Source: Octopus vulgaris (Eukaryota). Taken from it: a DNA stretch of 64,000 bases. Location of the stretch: assembly GCA_951406725.2 (NCBI GenBank), contig OX597821.1, positions 108,252,001-108,316,000 of the forward strand, in the 5' to 3' direction. Each line of letters starts with the position of its first letter. Positions within the stretch are counted from its first letter, which is position 1. The position numbers were made by a program, and so were the translations under genes. Shown here piece after piece: positions 57,131 to 64,000 of this stretch. The notes under the pieces were generated by a model. It was not told the origin of the DNA, did no database searches, and was given only the letters and a program-made list of their open reading frames with translations.

Positions 57131-57968
57131 TCTTTACTCTTTTACTTGTTTCAGTCATTTGACTGCGGCCATGCTGGGGCACAGCCATTAGTCGAGCAAA
57201 TCGACCCCTGAACTTATTCTTTGTAAGCCCAGTACTTATTCTATCGGTTGTCTTTTGCCGAACCGCTAAGTGACGGGGACGTAAACACACCAGCATCGCT
57301 TGTCAAGCGATGTTGGTGGGACAAACACAGACACACAAACACACACACATACATATATACATACATATATGTATATATATACGACAGGCTTTTTCAGTTT
57401 CCGTCTACCAAATCCACTCACAAGGCTTTGGCCGGCCTGAGGCTATAGTAGAAGACACTTGCCGAAGGTGCCACGCAGTGGAACTGTACCCAGAACCATG
57501 TGGTTGGTAAGCAAGCTACTTATCACACAGCTACTCCTGCGCCTATGTATTCTTGAATTTTATTTTATTTTATTTTTCATCTTGTTTCAGTCATTTGATT
57601 GCAGCCATGCTAGAACACCGCCTTTAGTCGAGCAAATCGTCCCCACGGCTTATTCTTTCTAAACCAAGTACTTATTCTATCGTTTTCTTTTGCCGAACCG
57701 CTAAATTACGGGAACGTTAACACACCAGCATCGGTTGTCAAGCAATGGTGGGGGAGGGGGACAAACACAGACACACAAACATATACATATATATATATAC
57801 ATATATCAGACAGGCTTCCTTCAGTTTTCATCAATCAAATCCATTCGCAAGGCTTTGGTCGGTCCGAGGCTATAGTTGAAAACACTTGCGTCCAAGGTGC
57901 CACACAATGGTACTGAACCCGGAACCGTGTGGTTGGGAAGCAAATTTCTTACCTCACAGCCATGCCTG
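57131..57968 (-). mobile_element. Two tandem full-length family B SINEs (57131-57545, 57575-57968)
   Basis: Two complete head-microsatellite-tail units. Confidence 0.9.
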
Positions 57969-58042
57969 CATGTGTATGTATGTATGCATGTATGTAAGTA
58001 TATAAGCATATGTGCATGTATGTATTGTTGTATATCTTATGA

Positions 58043-58365
58043 AGGCCTGTGGTATAGTGGTTACGGGTGTTCAGGTCATGATCGCAAAGTCGTAAGTTCA
58101 ATACCAGGCGTCGCGTTTTGTGCTTGGGCAAGACACTTTACTTCACTCCTCTTCAGTCCACTTAGCTGGCAAAACCGAGTTGTACTTGTATTTGAAAGGA
58201 CCAGCCTTGTCACACTCTGTGTCACACTGGATCTCTCTGATAACGACATCAAAGGTTCGCGTGTCTGTGGTGTACTCAACCACTTGCAAGCTAATTTCAT
58301 GTGCAAGCAGTTCTGTTGATCGGATCAATTGGAGTGTTCATCGTAGTTACTGACGGAGTTCCAGC
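58043..58365 (+). mobile_element. SINE family A2
   Basis: A box TGGTATAGTGG, B box AGTTCAATACC, A-family tail. Confidence 0.85.
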
Positions 58366-58609
58366 GACATTTATACATATGTGTGTGTACGTGTGTGCGT
58401 GCGTGTGTGTGCTTGCGCGCATGCGCGCATTGACAGGGTTTAGGGATCTGGTTTTCCCTCGATAAACCATGGCTTATTTTCATGCTTAAGTTTTCTTCAA
58501 TGTGTCTGTGTGTCGGTGCTTATCTGTGAAAGTGTAAATGTGTCTGTTGGTGTATATCTGCGTGGATGAATGTGTGTATGTGTGTGTGTGTGTGCGTGCG
58601 TGTGTGTGT

Positions 58610-58930
58610 GTGTGTGCGGTAGCATTTCAGTGTCTTTGACTTTGAGCTTGTGTGTGCGCGTTCATGTTTGTGTGTGCGTGTGTTCGTGTGTGTGTGTGCG
58701 GCACCATTTCAGTGTCTTTGACTTCGTGTGTGTGTGTGTGTCTGTATGTATGTGTGTGTGCGTGGCAACATTTCAGTGTCTTTGACTGTGTGTGAGTGTG
58801 TGTGTGTGCGCAAGTGTGGGTGCAGCGACACTTCGGTCTTTGACTTTTTGTGTGTGTGCGTGTGTGTGTGTGCGTGCGTGCGTGTGCGCGGCAGCATTTC
58901 TCTGTCTTTGACTCTGCGTGTGTGTGTGTG
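58610..58930. repeat. Minisatellite: a motif of about 25 bp, five times, separated by (TG)n
   Basis: GGCAGCATTTCAGTGTCTTTGACT variants at about 58617, 58699, 58763, 58823 and 58889. Confidence 0.88.
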
Positions 58931-58995
58931 TTTTGTAGTTATATATATCGATACATAAATAAATGTAGATAGATAGATAGATAGATAGATAGATT

Positions 58996-59034
<39 letters not shown>

Positions 59035-59134
59035 TGATAGATATATAGAAAGGTAGATAGTCAGACAGTTAGATGGACAGAGGTAGATAGACAGATAGAT
59101 AAATGGATAGATAGAGAGAGAGACAGACAGACAA

Positions 59135-59212
<78 letters not shown>

Positions 59213-59555
59213 GGATAGATAGCCAGATATTATAGAGCGAAATCTTTCAAACGAGATGGAACAAACTATATTAATAACATATAGAAGGGAAGAAATGAAA
59301 AAAAATCAGCAAAGAAAAACTACAAAGAAAAAAAGAAAAAAAGACCAACAACATGTGCGGAGGGCTTGCCTTCTCAGAAGGTTACATCAAATAGGACCTC
59401 CTGCAATGGCGTACGCGTGTCCGAACCACGGTGGCCACACGCGTCACTGCCCTACGGTGGGGCACACGTGGGCGCCAACAATGAAGGCATGAATGAGAAA
59501 AAATAACAAAACACTGACTGTGAAATAGAAAAGAATAAAACAGTACAACGCGATG

Positions 59556-59607
<52 letters not shown>

Positions 59608-59872
59608 TCATATATATATATATGTGCGTGTGTATATATATATATATCTACACATTTATATACATATGCGTATGTATTAGTTAATATGCAGATGTGTGTG
59701 TGTATATATACATACACACACACACTCACATATATACACACACACACAAGCGCGCCCAAATATATATATAAACACACGTAAATATATGCATAGATATCTG
59801 TGTATGTGTGTAATCTCACGTATGTGTATATATGTACGGTGTACTCTTTCTCTCTCTCTCTCTCTTTCTATG

Positions 59873-59905
<33 letters not shown>

Positions 59906-60020
59906 CTATGTACATATAATTAATAATATACGCACGCACACATATATGCGTATATATGCCAATATCTGTATATGTATATATAAATACATATAAATACATA
60001 TGTATGTATTTATAGATACA

Positions 60021-60068
<48 letters not shown>

Positions 60069-60342
60069 TATAAATATATATACATATATATATATATATA
60101 CATATATATATAAAGATATATATATATACATATATACATATATATATATACATACATACATACATACATACAAATATACACACACACACATATATATATA
60201 TAATATATATAACGAGAGTGGGAGAGAGCTATGCTTAAATATACATATATACACACACACATATATTTGTATATATATGTATGTATGTATTTATCTATCT
60301 TTCTATATGTGTGTGTATGTGAATGTGTGTGTGTGTATGTGA

Positions 60343-60379
<37 letters not shown>

Positions 60380-60591
60380 TTTGTGAATCTGTTATTGTGT
60401 TCTTGTTTTGTGTTTGTACATGTACATATACGAAAGCTGTACCAGAGGTCAGAACAGGGGACAGTTATTATGGGAATATCAACGCGGTCATTTTACGGCA
60501 GCTAGGATATGTACCACCACCACCACCACCACCACAAGAAACAACAACAACAATAACAACAACAACGAATATTGATATTAGTTATGACAGT

Positions 60592-60780
60592 AAGGCGGTG
60601 AGCTGGCAGAAATGTTCGCTCGCCGGACTGAATGCTTAGCGGCATTCAGTCCGTCTTTATGTTCTGAGTTCAAATTCCTCCTAGGTCCGATTTGTCTTTC
60701 GTGCTTTCGATCGATGTAGACACCTTACAACCTCACCCGAAGTAGCTGCCCTCTGGTACCAAAATTTGAAATCGATTCTA
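60592..60780 (+). mobile_element. SINE family C, diverged
   Basis: Contains AAGGCGGTGAGCTGGCAGAA...GTTCTGAGTTCAAATTCC. Confidence 0.8.
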
Positions 60781-60796
60781 GCTATCACACTGGATG

Positions 60797-60845
<49 letters not shown>

Positions 60846-60964
60846 TTGTTGCTGCTGCTACTCCTGCCACCACTACCACCAACACCACAATAACTTGTGT
60901 TATCACCACTAACTCCACCCGCATTTCTTCTTCTTCTTCTTCTTCTTCTTCTTCTACTACTACA

Positions 60965-60999
<35 letters not shown>

Positions 61000-61224
61000 C
61001 ACTACTACTACTACCACTACTACTACTCCTACTACTACTAGTACTGCTGCTGCCATTGCTGCTGCGACTACTACTGTTAGAAATACTACCACCGCTACCA
61101 CAACTACTAGCACAATCAGAAATTCCATGATTACCACCACCACCACCACCACCATTACTACTGCTACTACTGCTGTCATAACTACTACTACTACCACCAC
61201 TGCCACAAGAATAACTCTTAGTTT

Positions 61225-61277
<53 letters not shown>

Positions 61278-61629
61278 ACTATGGTTGCCTCAGAAGATAA
61301 TTAGCACTAAACAAAACGTGTGTAATCTGCGAGCTACTGGAATCAGAACCAACCGTAATCTGCAATATGTTCGACTCATCCTCAACCCCAGTACATGACT
61401 AGTACTGGATGATCGAACGGAGGAGTCTTTTACTTTTTCGTTTGTATCTGTTTGAAAGAAAGAATAATTCCTACACCTATTTTAAGAAGCCTTCTAAACA
61501 ACAAATTTTCGAGTACAGCTTCTGTGGATTCCTTCAATTATGGCCCCATGAGGGGAATTTGTTAGACGGAGACTGTGAGGAAGCCGTCATATATATATGT
61601 GTATCATGTATGTGTGTATGTGTGCATGT

Positions 61630-62500
61630 ATGTATGTATGTATATCATTGTTCAGTTTAATTTCAAGATTTCTTACCTATAAAGAAAGAGCTGGTTTCTA
61701 ACCTATATCCAATGTCCCTTGGAATTTCAATATCAACAACAGGGCATTTGTGTTTGCTTATTATGCATGTATATATATGTGTAGATCTGTATATTTTGTT
61801 TTATGTATGTATTCTGATGCATATAGCTACATATCTAAACATGCACATATATATTTAAATGATAAACCTCTGAAAAGTTTTACAGTTTCTTGCTGTTCCA
61901 TTGATGGATTGGATCTGTACTCTTCGAATCAGCTTTCTCCTTTCTGGTTTTGAGAAGCCTAATTTCTCAACATTGGTATTTAGGCAGTGTTACATTTCTC
62001 AGGGCCCCAATAATTACAGATATAAACCTGAACTTGTAATTTGGATAGATTTCTCAATAGTTCAGCACAAGCGTTCTCAATTTTTACAGATCTTCAGCTT
62101 TATGTTAACATCCGCTAGGCAGCTAATTTCCACAATTGTACCCAATTTCTTTTCTCTCTCCCAAATCATTATATCTGGCCTTTTGTGCTTACATCTTATT
62201 GAGGTCTTCACTTGTACATTCCACCAGTATTCCTTTTTATTATAATTGGCTATAGCTTCTACCATAATGTGGGTTCTTATTTCTTTGCCCTCAGGGTTAC
62301 TCTTCCGACGGATTTCATTATAGAGAGTCTCAGAGACAACATCATATCTCATTTTCGGATAACTGCTAATGATGTGGGCCATATCTTCAGTGTTAAATCC
62401 ACAAAGTTTGCATCGCTGGCCGCATTTTACTGCTTTTCCTGCATCTCTATCTATTTTGTGCATCAGTTACTTGGTTGATATTTTCTGGATTGCAAACGCA
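61630..62500 (-). pseudogene. RLE-type LINE C-terminal fragment (zinc knuckle plus PD-(D/E)xK endonuclease) and probable 3' UTR
   Basis: ORF 62077-62463: CKLCGFNTEDMAHIISS (CCHC-like), RYDVV (RHD-like), KRPDIMIW...IVEISC. Confidence 0.85.
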
Positions 62501-62646
62501 TACCCTACAAAGCAGGAGCTAGTAATCCTGCTTAGTGGCATTTCGTAAAGTAAGAGTCAAGTACGGAAGGTCGATGTAAACGACTATTACCTCCCAACAT
62601 AACTGCTGGTTTGTCACTAATAAAAAACTAAACATTTATTATTAAA

Positions 62647-63310
62647 AGGTGGCGAAAAGCAGAAACGTTAGCACGCCGGGCGAAATTATGAGCGGTATTT
62701 CGTCTGCCGCTACGTTCTGAGTTCAAATTCCGCCGAGGTCGATTTTGCTTTTCATCCTTTCGGGGTCGATAAATTAAGTACCAGTTACGCACTGGGGTCG
62801 ATGTAATCGACTTAATCCGTTTGTCTGTCTTTGTTTGTCCCCTCTGTGTTTAGCCCCTTGTGGGTAGTAAAGAAATAGGTATTTCGTCACTCTTTACGTT
62901 CTGAGTTCAAACATCGCCGAGGTTGACCTTGCCTTTCATATTTCGTAATCGATAAAATGAAATCTCAATGAAGTAAGTACCATTCGAGTACTGGGGTCGA
63001 TGTAACTGACTAGCCCTGTCCCTTCCCTCATCCTCTAAACACACTAACCAACAAAATCTCGGGCTTCGTGGCTGTTGTAGAGATGATCGGTGATGCGGCG
63101 ACTTTGCAGAGACTTTAGTGCGTCGGACAAAATCCTTCGTGACATTGCTTCCGATTCGTTTATGTTCTGAGTTCAAACTCTTGTTGGGGTCCACTTTACT
63201 ATTAATCTATTCAGAGTCGATAAAACAAAGTACCAGTAATTAATTGGGGTCGATGTTATCGACTAACCCTATTGCCTAAAATTTCAGATCTTGATTCTCG
63301 ATTAGAAGCT
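62647..63310 (+). mobile_element. SINE family C dimer (62647-63060) and a diverged copy (63095-63310)
   Basis: Family motifs; junction AAAGAAATAGGTATTTCGTC. Confidence 0.87.
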
Positions 63311-63379
63311 AAATCATCATCATCATCATTATCATCATCATTGTCGTCATCAACATCAACGTCATCATCATCATCGTCG

Positions 63380-63499
<120 letters not shown>

Positions 63500-63599
63500 T
63501 TCAACATCATCATCATCACTGATGTCATCATCACTGATGTCATCATCACTGTCGTCGTCATCATCATCATTATCATCGTTATATCACAACTTGTCTTCT

Positions 63600-63950
63600 T
63601 TATCTTTTACTTGTTTCCGGTATCAAGCTCCGGCCATGCTGGGGCATCGCCTTTAGTCGAACGTTATATTCTATCGGTGACTTTTGCTGAATCGCTAAGT
63701 TACTGGCACGTTTAAAAACGCAGCACCGGTTGTCAAGCGGTGGTGGGAGACAATTTCTCTCTCTCTCACACACGTATGAACACACACACACACACATATA
63801 TACGACAAGCTTCTTTCAGTTTCCGTCTACCAAATCCATTCACAAGGCTTCGGTCGGCCAGAGGTTTTAGTAGAGGGCACTTGCCGAAGGTGCCATGAAG
63901 TGGGCCATAAACCGGAACCATGTGGTTGGGAAGCAAGCTTCTTACCCTAC
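63600..63950 (-). mobile_element. SINE family B
   Basis: Family B motifs. Confidence 0.85.
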
Positions 63951-64000
63951 ATCCCCCCACTGCATGTATATCATCATAATTATAATTTCGAAAAGGATAT

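Noticed and set aside
58610-58930. CRISPR-like repeat-spacer pattern
   Set aside because: The spacers are (TG)n, the repeats are degenerate, there are no cas genes, and the context is eukaryotic.
61369-61418. Small fold-back GTTCGA...CCAGTAC/GTACTGG...TCGAAC
   Set aside because: It is short and appears to be made from SINE C-like pieces.

Overview
This is eukaryotic, gene-free, extremely microsatellite-rich DNA. The repeat families point to an octopus or other cephalopod intron or intergenic region, which is my inference. No intact protein-coding gene is visible, and almost every ORF in the track is a translated simple repeat. The window is a mosaic of (TA)n, (CA)n, (TACA)n, (GATA)n, (TAA)n, (GAT)n and (TAG/CAG)n tracts. 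It also holds about 35 copies of three to four tRNA-derived SINE families, five fragments of R4/Dong-like RLE LINEs mostly lodged in (TAA)n, a mariner transposase remnant, and several MITEs (GG-TIR with 8-bp TSD, hAT-like, pogo-like, Helentron-like). The main hidden signal lies in short 'unique' islands, mostly sitting in (TA)n tracts. They carry minimal type-I hammerhead ribozyme motifs: stem I - CUGANGA - stem II - GAAA - palindromic stem III - NUH - stem I. I read about 10 with complete cores, 4 with mutated cores and 3 half motifs, from several unrelated sequence families. Five of the islands are asymmetric fold-back structures. This matches Penelope-like element (PLE) pseudo-LTR or retrozyme-type non-autonomous elements. 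Several have unusually long stem II inserts. A separate island at 170-330 has an HDV-like double-pseudoknot topology. All folds were read by eye, and repeat boundaries are approximate.
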